DNA from: a bacterium
GTDB taxonomy: Bacteria; RBG-13-61-14; DATKZS01
Assembly: GCA_046484135.1 (NCBI GenBank)
Contig: JAWOBU010000241.1
Coordinates: 1 to 25,877 of the forward strand
DNA: 25,877 nt
Direction of reading: 5' to 3'
The notes under the pieces were generated by a model. It ran no database searches, was not told where the DNA came from, and was given only the letters and a program-made list of their open reading frames with translations. Below are positions 1 to 11,246 of this stretch, piece by piece. Every line of letters begins with the position of its first letter. The first letter of the stretch is position 1. The position numbers were made by a program, and so were the translations under genes.

Positions 1-116
1 TATATAGGCCGGTTTTCCGTCTTGGTAAAAAGTATATCACCGGCGCTGCCAGCGTCAACCATAACGGGAGCAAGCTCCCTGACGGAAAGCGGCGGCAGGC
101 CACCGCACTCCCAAAG
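1..116. repeat. REP-doublet (REPIN-like) unit U1, left part cut by window edge
   Basis: Shares GCGTCAA(C/T)CATAACGGGAGCAAGCTCCCT..GAAAGCGGCGGCA(G/A)GCC(A/G)CCGCACTCC with the units at 192-309 and 320-524. Confidence 0.85.
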
Positions 117-191
117 ATAACGGCTGCTGTTCTAAAGTATGACCTCTCACCATCTACATAAACTTAATTGTAAAGAACTGACCCCGCACCC
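117..191. repeat. Tail repeat T1, direct repeat of 525-598
   Basis: 154-191 is identical to 561-598 (38 bp, CTACATAAACTTAATTGTAAAGAACTGACCCCGCACCC); TGCTGTTCTAAAGTATG is also shared. Confidence 0.9.
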
Positions 192-309
192 TTGCTGGCC
201 GGTTTGCCGGTCTTGCCGGTTGGTTGCAAGTATATAGCAGGCGTTGCCTGCGTCAATCATAACGGGAGCAAGCTCCCTCTTGGAAAGCGGCGGCAAGCCG
301 CCGCACTCC
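192..309. repeat. REP-doublet unit U2, lacking its left REP
   Basis: Starts at TTGCTGGCCGG (matching U3 from 364) and ends in hairpin GCGGCGGCAAGCCGCCGC-ACTCC. Confidence 0.85.
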
Positions 310-319
310 ACATTCCCCC

Positions 320-524
320 CTTTGGAGTGCGAAAGCTTGCTTTCGCTTTCTCTTCCGGCAAGCTTGCTGGCCGGTTCCGCGTTCTTCGAGCCTTGATGAA
401 ATTATATAACAAGCGGTGCCTGCGTCAATCATAACGGGAGCAAGCTCCCTGACAGAAAGCGGCGGCCCTGCCTGCCGCGCCAAGCCGAGCGCGGCGCAGG
501 CAGGAAGCCACCGCACTCCGAAAG
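320..524. repeat. Complete REP-doublet unit U3 with inverted ends
   Basis: Left end CTTTGGAGTGCGAAAGCTTGCTTTCGCTTTC; right end GAAAGCGGCGGC[insert]AAGCCACCGCACTCCGAAAG; inner hairpins CCGGCAAGCTTGCTGGCCGG and GGGAGCAAGCTCCC. Confidence 0.85.
467..504. mobile_element. 38-bp palindromic mini-insertion (CCTGCCTGC...GCAGGCAGG) in a REP hairpin
   Basis: Removing 467-504 restores GCGGCGGC|AAGCCACCGCACTCC, matching U1/U2; 9-bp perfect inverted ends; no target duplication. Confidence 0.8.
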
Positions 525-598
525 ATACGGGTGCTGTTCTAAAGTATGGCGTCTCAAGACCTACATAAACTTAATTGTAAAGAACTGACCCCGCACCC
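525..598. repeat. Tail repeat T2, abutting the truncated lipoprotein gene
   Basis: Direct repeat of 117-191; supplies the last ~13 codons and the stop of ORF 554-916. Confidence 0.9.
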
Positions 599-916
599 CC
601 AGTCCTGCGGAGCGGAAAGCTCTATTGTGCTGCCGGAAAGCGCGGCATTGATTTTATCAAATCCTTCCACAGAGTAGGAGAGCGGATCTCCGTCAGGGTC
701 TGAGAAGTGCGAAGGAATATCTGAAACATAAGCATTAGTATCCTCGTCAGCATAAACAGGATTGAAGGTCTGCTCTACAACAGGGGCGTTGTTTGCGGGG
801 GCGGAATCATCAGAGCCGCCGCCGGAGGAGCCGCCGCAGTTTGCGCCGGCCAGTCCTGCTGCGATTATACAGGCAAAGAAGAACACGCGGACGGTTTCAA
901 AAAGACTTTTGCTCAT
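554..916 (-). pseudogene. Truncated secreted lipoprotein with a cadherin-like/Ig-like repeat
   Basis: GGAGG RBS; signal peptide ending LAGAN-C then GGSSGGGS linker; NNAPV..ADEDT..FSDPDGDPLSYSV cadherin-like motif; domain breaks off after SAPQDW, where repeat T2 begins (598). Confidence 0.7.
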
Positions 917-956
917 GGCATTTCCTCCCGGAAGGGTTTTGTGTAGCTATACTCTC

Positions 957-984
957 ATTATATTTCATGTGGATAACGGGTCAA
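957..984 (-). promoter_or_regulatory. Sigma70-type promoter of the lipoprotein gene with a DnaA-box consensus in the spacer
   Basis: Minus strand TTGACC (984-979), 16-nt spacer, TATAAT (962-957); TTATCCACA at 976-968. Confidence 0.55.
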
Positions 985-1043
985 GGGGTTTTCAAAGACG
1001 AAAGCTTGTTCCTTTTTCTTCTCCAGGATAAACTTTACAAGGC

Positions 1044-2729
1044 ATGGGAGGGACTGAACAAAACGGACAAGAGAAAGGCGGTCCCTGTAAAAAGGCCTTT
1101 CCGGCCGCGGTCGGGGTGTTCCTCCTGGCCCTCGCCGTGCGTTTGATATACCTCCTCTCCATGCAGGACTCCCCCTACCATGATGTGACCCTTCTGCAGG
1201 GCACGGACTGTTACGTCTTTTACCGGAAAGCCATGGAGATAGCCTCCGGCGACATCACGGGTGAAGGAGTCTATTACCAGGCCCCCTTGTATCCTTACCT
1301 TGTGGCTTTAATCATAAAGATTTCCGGAGACTTCTTCCAGACAGCCCAGCGGCTCTTCCAGTTCCTTTTGGGCTCCGGCGTGGCGGTCATGGTGTTTTAT
1401 ATGGCACGCCGCCTTAAAGGGACCGCGGCAGGCTTGACAGGGGGTCTGCTTGTCGCCCTCTACGGTCCGCTCATCTTTTATGAAGGGGCTTTCCTGCGGG
1501 CGGGAGTTATAACCTTCTTATACACTCTGCTCGTGTTTTTGATGCTCGTAAGCCGGGAGCGGCCCGGAGGGGGGAAGGCTTTGGCAGTAGGCGCGGTTTT
1601 TGGTCTGTCGTTACTTGCCAAGCCCGTTATAGCGGTGATGCTGCCGGTGCTCGCTTTGTGGTGGTGGGATTCGGGAAAGCAGGCAAAGTCTCCGAATTCG
1701 CAAAAACCCGGACGGCGCGCACCGGTCCGTATAAAAACAGCGGCCGGACTTCTGGCCGGTTTTGTACTTATCATGACGCCGCTCTGGCTCAGGAACTATA
1801 AAGCTGACGCTGATATCTTTTCCATGAGCCGCAGGGGGGCGCTCGAGTTCGTGGAAGGCAATTACCCGGGATCCCCACCGTCCGGCTGGAAGTTGACCGC
1901 GCCGGTCATGGAAATCGTGAAAGAAAGCGACCGGCGCCTTCTGCCCGCAATAATAAACGTACTCCGGCTTTACCGGGACGAGCCCTTACAGCTTTTATAC
2001 AAGCAGGCGGACAAGACCGCGGCGTTTTTGTACGGGTATGAAGCACCTAATAACCTGAACTATTACGTGGAGCGGGAGTACGCGCCCCTCTTGCGTTTTC
2101 TGCCGGCATGGCCTCACATCCTGGGAGCGGGCTTGTTGGGGCTCTGGTTTTTCCGAAGAAGATGGCGCGAGGCTGATGTTCTTTACGGCTTTGTCATTCT
2201 TTACTGTGCCGCCACCATAGCTTTCTATATTTTGGGCCGGTTCCGGCTGCCGGTGGTGCCGGCGCTCTGCGTTTTTTGCGGCATCGGTCTTACCTCGCTT
2301 TTCGATCTTTTGCAGAAAAAGAGATGGCCTGCTTTGGCAGCGGCCTTGCTGGTTGTGTTCCTGGCAGGTCTTCTTTCCTGGCCTTTCCAGCAAACTTTAT
2401 TGAGGCCGGTTGATTACTATAACCTGGCGCGTTTCCATGCTATGCAAAGAGAACCCGCAAAGGTGCATGATTGGCTCGAACAAGGAAAGGCGGACGTGGA
2501 GAAGATGGAGGACCGGCTCTCGCCGGGAGAGTACCATTACTATCGCGGCCGGTACCTGTTCATGGGCGGGAAGCCCTTGTCATCCGTCCAGAGCGAGCTC
2601 GAAACCGCGCTGGGAAAGGCAAAGGACCCTGTGCTTAAAAACGATATAAAGAACCTGATAAAAAGATGCGAAAGAAGGCGCGAAGGTAAAGACAGGGTTT
2701 ACATGGGCATGCGGCTTTTCGAAAAATGA
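1044..2729 (+). CDS. GT-C fold membrane glycosyltransferase (ArnT/PMT-like, GT39/GT83-type) with TPR-like C-terminus
   Basis: 561 aa, many TM segments; D in first loop, YYQAPLYPY, LYGPLIFYEG and RFRLPVVP motifs; helical Tyr-rich tail (YYNLA, YHYYRG). Confidence 0.8.
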   Translation: MGGTEQNGQEKGGPCKKAFPAAVGVFLLALAVRLIYLLSMQDSPYHDVTLLQGTDCYVFYRKAMEIASGDITGEGVYYQAPLYPYLVALIIKISGDFFQTAQRLFQFLLGSGVAVMVFYMARRLKGTAAGLTGGLLVALYGPLIFYEGAFLRAGVITFLYTLLVFLMLVSRERPGGGKALAVGAVFGLSLLAKPVIAVMLPVLALWWWDSGKQAKSPNSQKPGRRAPVRIKTAAGLLAGFVLIMTPLWLRNYKADADIFSMSRRGALEFVEGNYPGSPPSGWKLTAPVMEIVKESDRRLLPAIINVLRLYRDEPLQLLYKQADKTAAFLYGYEAPNNLNYYVEREYAPLLRFLPAWPHILGAGLLGLWFFRRRWREADVLYGFVILYCAATIAFYILGRFRLPVVPALCVFCGIGLTSLFDLLQKKRWPALAAALLVVFLAGLLSWPFQQTLLRPVDYYNLARFHAMQREPAKVHDWLEQGKADVEKMEDRLSPGEYHYYRGRYLFMGGKPLSSVQSELETALGKAKDPVLKNDIKNLIKRCERRREGKDRVYMGMRLFEK

Positions 2730-4138
2730 AGCTTACTCTTGATATAGACAACCCGGCAAACCGGGGCAGCCGGTGGGCGGCGTTCCTGGCGCTTACATTG
2801 TTCGCGGGGGGGTTGCGGCTGTACCGGCTGGACCAGGGCTTCTGGTACGACGAGATAGTGTCCTTTATCCGCTTTTTCCAGGCGCCCTGGCGCGAGCTTT
2901 TCACCGCCATGCCCTTGCCGAACCACCATCCCCTCTACTCGTTGCTTGCCAAAGTGTGCCTGTTGATCTTTGGAGAAGAAGAATGGGCGGCGCGCCTTCC
3001 CGCTTTCATCGCCGGAAGCTTAACGCCCGGTCTGGTGTTTCTTTTCGGCAGGCGCTTCTGGGACGGCCGTACCGGCTTTTTGGCGGGTGTTCTCCTCAGC
3101 CTGGCTATGTGGCCGGTCTGGTGGAGCCAGGACGCGCGCGGCTATGCCCTCATGATCCTGTTCTCCCTTTTTGCCACCTATCTTTTCCTGGTCATTTACG
3201 ATAGGCCGTCCTGGAAGTACGCCGCGTCTTACGCGCTCCTGGCAGTGCTGTCCGTCTACTCTCACCTTTTTGCGGCCGCGGTGATCGGCTCTCACTTTAT
3301 GATCGCCCTGACCCTCGTATTAAAAGAAAAGCATGGACGGTTTCGCAAGAATGCCATGCTCGCGGCCGCGTCCCTTTTGGGGCTGTTTTTGTCTCTTCTT
3401 GTATACCTTCCCATGCTCTCCGATTTCTATCAGTTCGTTCTGGAGCAAGGCACCATTACCACGGGCCGGGCCATGTCCTTTTCCTTTGCGGGCCGGCTTC
3501 TGACCGCGTGGTCCGCGGGCTATGAAAGGCCTCTGTTGTCGCTGGTCGTGCTGGTGCCGGGCGCGGCCGGGCTGGTACTGGTGGCCCGGAAAAAGCCTCT
3601 TCTTGTCACGGCGCTGGTGCTGCCGATCGCGCTGGGATGCCTGGCCTCGCTTTTTACCGGCACCTTTGTGTTTCACCGGTTCTACAGCTACGGCATTTAT
3701 GCCTTGTACCTGTTTTGCGCCGTCGGCGTGACCATCCCGTTCACTTTCCGGAGATGGTGGGCCTACTGGATCGGTGTCGCGGCCATGATAGCGGTCATTG
3801 CTGTCGTGGGCTTCACCCTCGCGGATTATTACGGCAAACACAAACAAGCGCTCCGCACCTCGGCGGAGTGGACCGAAAAGACGGCACCCCATAAACAGGT
3901 GATAGCGCTCGGGTTCGTGAGCGGCGTCTATCGTTTTTACGACCATGACGCGCGCCTGGTGGGAAAGGACCGGGAGCTTTCGCGGCAACAAGTGGAAAAC
4001 AGCATGGTGGTAACCTCGTTTGCCTGGTCCATCTCGAAGCACAACCGCAATGTCCTGGATGACCGGTGTAAAAAAGCCGCTTTTTTTCCATCCGCAGGCC
4101 CGCGGGAGCTTGACGTGCGGGTGTATCAATGCGAATAA
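2726..4138 (+). CDS. GT-C fold membrane glycosyltransferase (PMT/GT39-like)
   Basis: 470 aa; LRLYRL..FWYDE, HHPLY, ARLP and SQDARGYAL motifs; ATGA overlap with upstream gene. Confidence 0.85.
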   Translation: MKLTLDIDNPANRGSRWAAFLALTLFAGGLRLYRLDQGFWYDEIVSFIRFFQAPWRELFTAMPLPNHHPLYSLLAKVCLLIFGEEEWAARLPAFIAGSLTPGLVFLFGRRFWDGRTGFLAGVLLSLAMWPVWWSQDARGYALMILFSLFATYLFLVIYDRPSWKYAASYALLAVLSVYSHLFAAAVIGSHFMIALTLVLKEKHGRFRKNAMLAAASLLGLFLSLLVYLPMLSDFYQFVLEQGTITTGRAMSFSFAGRLLTAWSAGYERPLLSLVVLVPGAAGLVLVARKKPLLVTALVLPIALGCLASLFTGTFVFHRFYSYGIYALYLFCAVGVTIPFTFRRWWAYWIGVAAMIAVIAVVGFTLADYYGKHKQALRTSAEWTEKTAPHKQVIALGFVSGVYRFYDHDARLVGKDRELSRQQVENSMVVTSFAWSISKHNRNVLDDRCKKAAFFPSAGPRELDVRVYQCE

Positions 4139-4190
4139 ATTCCGGTGACCTCTGTGGTGGTCGGTTCGTTGTCTTTTAAGGCTCCCGGAT

Positions 4191-4220
4191 TTTACAACCG
4201 GCGGTTAGAGAGTACATAAT
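4191..4220 (+). promoter_or_regulatory. Possible sigma70 promoter for the DGC-queA operon
   Basis: TTTACA-N18-CATAAT upstream of GGAGG RBS. Confidence 0.3.
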
Positions 4221-4249
4221 AGGGACAATACTTACGGAGGACTCAAACC

Positions 4250-5376
4250 ATGACGAGCCAGGGGAACGGAGGGGACCTCGAGGCCGAGCTCCAGAATTGC
4301 CTGTCGGAACGCGATGAGCTTATAAAATCCAATGACGCGCTCAAACAGCGGGTGATCGAGCTTTACACCCTTTATAACGTAAGCCGCAGCCTGAGCATGA
4401 CCATCCAGCTCTCCGAGCTTTTCGAGGTGGCCATGAGCGTGATCGGCCATTCGCTTGCCATTGACGAGTACTGCCTGATGCTGCTGGACAGGGACAGCGG
4501 CCAGCTCATGATCCAGGCGAGTCACGGCATGCCGGAGAACGTGGTGAGCCAGGGGGTGATCGCCCCGGACGCGGGCATGGTGTCCCACGTGGTCAAAAAG
4601 CAGGAACCCATCCTTATCCAGGACATGGAAAAAGAAGAGGACTTTGTCTACTTTCCCGGCAGCGGCATCAACACGGGCTGTTATCTGGGTGTTCCCCTCA
4701 CTGGAAAGAACGGCGACCTCCTCGGCGTGTTGAGCACCCACAAGCCGACTCCCAACGGGTTAGAGGAATCCGACGTGGGCCTTTTCCAGACGGTGGCCGA
4801 CCACGTGGCCATTGCGGTGGATAATGCCCTGGCCTTCCAGAAAACCCGCGAGCTGAGCCATCGCGACGACCTGACCCACCTGTACAACCGGAGGTACTTC
4901 TTTGAGAGGCTGGAGCGGGAATCATACCGGGCGCGCAGATATGGAAGGACCTTTTCCCTGCTCATGCTGGACATAGACCACTTCAAAAACTTCAACGATT
5001 CCTATGGACATCTGCAAGGAGACGAGGCTTTGAAGAAAATAGCCGGCATGCTCGAGAACAGCCTTCGCAAGGCCGACCTGGTGGCACGCTACGGCGGCGA
5101 GGAATTCCTAATCATCCTTCCGGAGACCAACAAGGAAGACGCGGCCAAGGTGGCGGACAAGCTCCGGCAGGAGGTCCAGGCCCATGAATTCACGGAGGAT
5201 GCGCGCGAGCCCGCCCGCCTTACGGTCACCGTGGGAGTGGCTTCTTTCCCCGGGGACACTTACGACCCGCTCGAACTTTTGGACCTGGCAGACAAGGCGC
5301 TTTACTACGGCAAGGCGCAGGGCCGGAACCAGATATGCACCAGCACTCCTCCCCGGAAGGAAGAGGCCCCTGCCTC

Positions 5377-5380
<4 letters not shown>
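4250..5380 (+). CDS. GAF-domain sensor diguanylate cyclase (GGDEF)
   Basis: N-terminal coiled coil, GAF domain, DDLTHLYNRR, DIDHFKNFNDSYGH, RKAD I-site, RYGGEEF, ADKALY..K..GRN. Confidence 0.95.
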
Positions 5381-8046
<2,666 letters not shown>

Positions 8047-8098
8047 CGGTGTTGCCGTTTTTACATAAACGGAGAGAGTGTTCTGAAGGGAGCGGTAA

Positions 8099-10210
8099 AT
8101 GAAGCGTTTGAACGTCTATATCTATATCGCAGTCATTGCCTATATTATTTATTCAGCCGTCATCTTTGTGACGTATCCTGATGTGCCGATTCTGGGAGGA
8201 GTGGTTGCGGGAATAACCCTTGTTTGTTTAGGGGGCGTGGCCCTGATAGTGACGGGCTCCACGCGGGTAGGCGCGTGGGTGCTTTTAATAGCGAGCGTTC
8301 CCTTGATACCCCTGGGCTTCTTGGGAATAGTAGGAGCGAGAAAGATACTGGCGGGCCTATCGGAAGGTCCTGTCTCCAGAAGAGGCGCCCCTGCAAGACG
8401 GGAATCCTTGAGAAAAGAGTCTATGGAGAAGAGCCTTATCTACAGGCTGATCCTGGTGGGGGTAGTGATACTGGTCGCCGCGGTGGCGCTGGTGCCCACT
8501 TTTTTTCACGATTATAAGTCGGGCAAATCCAAGCTGCCGGAGTGGTGGCTGGACTCGAGCATCCTGCCTTCCGGGTATCTGAACCTCGGTCTGGACCTGC
8601 AGGGCGGCATGGACCTGGTGGTTAGCGTGGACGTGGAAGAAGCAGTATTAAAGGAGCTTCAGCACTTCCGGCAATCCATCCAGGATTTCTTCTCCGACAA
8701 GGACGTGGATTACGAACAGGTGAGGTTCAAGCCGGCGGAGAAGCGGATCGAGGTCTCCTATCCCGACCATGATTCCATGGTAGCAGGGAACAACCTTATT
8801 CACCGGAGCTTCCGGTCTCTCCGGGTCATGGAAGGCATGGACACCTTGAGCCCCTCCTTCGGACTTAAGGAGGATGAAAAAAGAGAGCTCCAGAGCCGGA
8901 CGGTCGAGCAAATCCGGAACATCATGTCCCGCCGCATCAACGCCTTCGGCCTCCAGGAGCCGGAGATAGCGGTGCAGGGCCAGAACCGCATCCGTCTTCA
9001 GCTTCCCGGCGCCAAGGACCCGGAGCGGGTCAAGGACAACATCACCCGGACGGCCAAGCTTGACTTCATGCTGGTGAAAGGGGTCGGCCAGACCAAGGAA
9101 AGGGTGGAAGAAGCCATGGACTCCCCTCCGAGCGGGTTCACCCTGGTAACCTGGCGGGACCCCACCGAGGCCGGAAAGACACAGCAATGCTACATCAACT
9201 CCCAGCAGCTTGCTGATATCCCCATGGGTGAAAACGCGGTCCTTCCTCCCAGCTACCGCCTGGCAGTAGGCACCGAGAGCAGGGAAGGCGTAAAAAGGGA
9301 AGTCTGCTACCTTCTAAGGGAAGACATCGCAGTAAGCGGAGCTAACCTGCAAGACGCCCGGCCCCGGTTCACCTCCGACCAGCCGGGCGGGGGAGCGGTG
9401 GTGTCCTTCCGGCTCAACACCAAGGGGGCCCGCAAGTTCGGCAAGCTCACCGGCGAGCACGTGGGCGAACGGCTGGCCATTGTTCTGGAAGGACAAGTCG
9501 AGAGCGCGCCCAGCATCCGGTCCCAGATAACCTATCGCGGACAGATCGAGGGCAACTTCAGCCCCCAGGAGGCCACCGACCTTTCCACCGTGCTCCGATC
9601 AGGGGCCTTGGAAGTTGACATTGACATAGAAGAGGAGCGCACGGTAGGCGCCAGCCTGGGAGCGGACGCGGTCCGCAAAGGCAAGCAGGCCATCTTCTGG
9701 GGTATGCTGGTGGTAGTGTTGTTCATGGTAGTCTATTATAGAGGCGCCGGTCTGATTACCGACCTGGCCCTTGTTCTCAACATCGTCCTTATAATGGCCG
9801 CGCTCTCACTTTTGGGCGCGACCCTTACTTTGCCCGGCATCGCGGGGATCGTGCTTACCGTGGGCATGGCTGTTGACGCCAACGTTCTCATCTTCGAGAG
9901 GGTCCGGGAAGAGCTTCGGACCGGCAAGACGCCGCAGGCTTCCATCGAGGCGGGATACGCCAAGGCGTTGTGGACCATCCTGGATGCTAACATCACCACC
10001 CTGATCGCGGCGCTGGTCCTTCTGCAATGGGGCACCGGCCCGATCAAGGGGTTTGCGGTGACCCTGGCTTTGGGTATCGTGTCCAGTCTTTTCACCGCCC
10101 TGGTGGTAACCCGGATCATTTACGACCTGGGGTTCCAGCGGAGGAAGCGGAAGGCATCGCTTTCCATAGGGATCAAGCTCCAGCCTGTCGAGCAAGGCCG
10201 GAAGAGATAA
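8099..10210 (+). CDS. secD: Protein translocase subunit SecD (canonical part from ATG 8423; 108-aa in-frame N-terminal extension)
   Basis: NLGLDLQGG, RINAFGLQEP, QLPG, LRSGAL, VGASLG, TLTLPGIAGIVLTVGMAVDANVLIFER, DANITT, GTGPIKGFAVTL; start site ambiguous. Confidence 0.96.
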   Translation: MKRLNVYIYIAVIAYIIYSAVIFVTYPDVPILGGVVAGITLVCLGGVALIVTGSTRVGAWVLLIASVPLIPLGFLGIVGARKILAGLSEGPVSRRGAPARRESLRKESMEKSLIYRLILVGVVILVAAVALVPTFFHDYKSGKSKLPEWWLDSSILPSGYLNLGLDLQGGMDLVVSVDVEEAVLKELQHFRQSIQDFFSDKDVDYEQVRFKPAEKRIEVSYPDHDSMVAGNNLIHRSFRSLRVMEGMDTLSPSFGLKEDEKRELQSRTVEQIRNIMSRRINAFGLQEPEIAVQGQNRIRLQLPGAKDPERVKDNITRTAKLDFMLVKGVGQTKERVEEAMDSPPSGFTLVTWRDPTEAGKTQQCYINSQQLADIPMGENAVLPPSYRLAVGTESREGVKREVCYLLREDIAVSGANLQDARPRFTSDQPGGGAVVSFRLNTKGARKFGKLTGEHVGERLAIVLEGQVESAPSIRSQITYRGQIEGNFSPQEATDLSTVLRSGALEVDIDIEEERTVGASLGADAVRKGKQAIFWGMLVVVLFMVVYYRGAGLITDLALVLNIVLIMAALSLLGATLTLPGIAGIVLTVGMAVDANVLIFERVREELRTGKTPQASIEAGYAKALWTILDANITTLIAALVLLQWGTGPIKGFAVTLALGIVSSLFTALVVTRIIYDLGFQRRKRKASLSIGIKLQPVEQGRKR

Positions 10211-10225
10211 ATCGGGAGTCGGAAA

Positions 10226-11218
10226 ATGGAGATTATCAAACCAGGAACCCGGATCAACTTTATAAAGTTCCGGACCATCGGACTGGGGGTGTCGGTCCTT
10301 GTTATCGCCGTGAGCGTGTTTTCGTTATTTAAGCCGGGCCCCAGCATGGGGATTGACTTCGCAGGCGGCGAGGAGATGGAGCTTCAGTTCAACCAGGCCG
10401 TTTCCATAGCCAAGCTCCGTTCCGCGCTGGAGGATTTGCCGGTGGGCGACGTGAAAGTGCAGCGGGTGGGGGACGAGGACTCCAACACCTACCTGCTACG
10501 GATGGAGGAGCTCAAGGTTTCCATTGAAGAAGCGGAGAAAAGCAAGGAGGAAGACGATGAGGTGGCCAAAGCGGAAGGGGCCAGCGGCAAGACCGCGGCC
10601 GCGGTCAAACAGAAGATGTCTTCCCTGTTCGGCAAGGACAGCTTCACCGTGTTAAAGACGGATTACGTGGGCCCCCGGGTGGGCGAGGAGCTCCGGAACA
10701 AGGGGGTCATGGCCATTGTGGCGGCCATGGCCATGATCCTGATATATATTACCCTCCGGTTCGAGTTCCGCTACGCCCTGGGAGCGGTCATAGCCCTGGT
10801 CCACGACGTGCTTATCACCACCGGCGCTTTCGTTATTACCGGGCGGGAGTTCAACCTGGCCATCATCGCCGCCCTGCTCACTATTGTGGGATACTCGCTC
10901 AACGACACCATCGTGACCTTTGACCGCATCCGCGAAAACGTGCGGAGGCTCCGGCGCGTGGAGTACAGAGAGATGGTAAACACGTCCATCAACGAAGTCC
11001 TCTCCCGGACCCTGCTGACATCCATGACCACCTTTATTACAGTGATGTTCCTTTTCGTGATCGGAAGCGGCATCATAAAAGACTTCGCCTTCGCGCTCCT
11101 GGTCGGGGTCGTGGTCGGGACCTACTCGTCCATTTTCGTGGCCAGCTCCTTTATCATATGGTGGGAAGAGCTCCGGGCCACCAGGCGGACGGTAGCCGCG
11201 GCTGAAAAACAACGATAG
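10226..11218 (+). CDS. secF: Protein translocase subunit SecF
   Basis: GIDFAGG, VGPRVGEEL, ALVHDV, GYSLNDTIVTFDRIREN, SRTLLTS, GTYSSIFVA. Confidence 0.97.
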   Translation: MEIIKPGTRINFIKFRTIGLGVSVLVIAVSVFSLFKPGPSMGIDFAGGEEMELQFNQAVSIAKLRSALEDLPVGDVKVQRVGDEDSNTYLLRMEELKVSIEEAEKSKEEDDEVAKAEGASGKTAAAVKQKMSSLFGKDSFTVLKTDYVGPRVGEELRNKGVMAIVAAMAMILIYITLRFEFRYALGAVIALVHDVLITTGAFVITGREFNLAIIAALLTIVGYSLNDTIVTFDRIRENVRRLRRVEYREMVNTSINEVLSRTLLTSMTTFITVMFLFVIGSGIIKDFAFALLVGVVVGTYSSIFVASSFIIWWEELRATRRTVAAAEKQR

Positions 11219-11246
11219 AGGGACCCGTGTCCTTGTAAAGGCGGAT

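Noticed and set aside
192..516. ORFs 192-434 (+) and 253-516 (-)
   Set aside because: Translations of palindromic repeat DNA, with no RBS or recognisable domain.
1..600. CRISPR array or integron attC array
   Set aside because: Inter-repeat segments are homologous to each other rather than unique spacers, and spacing is irregular. CATAAC has no matching GTTATG partner box, and no cassette ORFs, cas or intI genes are present.
917..1043. Replication origin
   Set aside because: Only one DnaA box, no unwinding-element repeats and no dnaA/dnaN/gidA context.
5335..5376. Longer queA start (and likewise pyrR start 18012)
   Set aside because: Family similarity begins at 5377 and 17967; the pyrR extension lies within the attenuator leader.
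8375..8404. RRGAP as a ribosome arrest motif
   Set aside because: Does not match the known RAPP/RAGP/RGPP motifs and is not followed by a stop; kept only as a weak possibility in the SecD finding.
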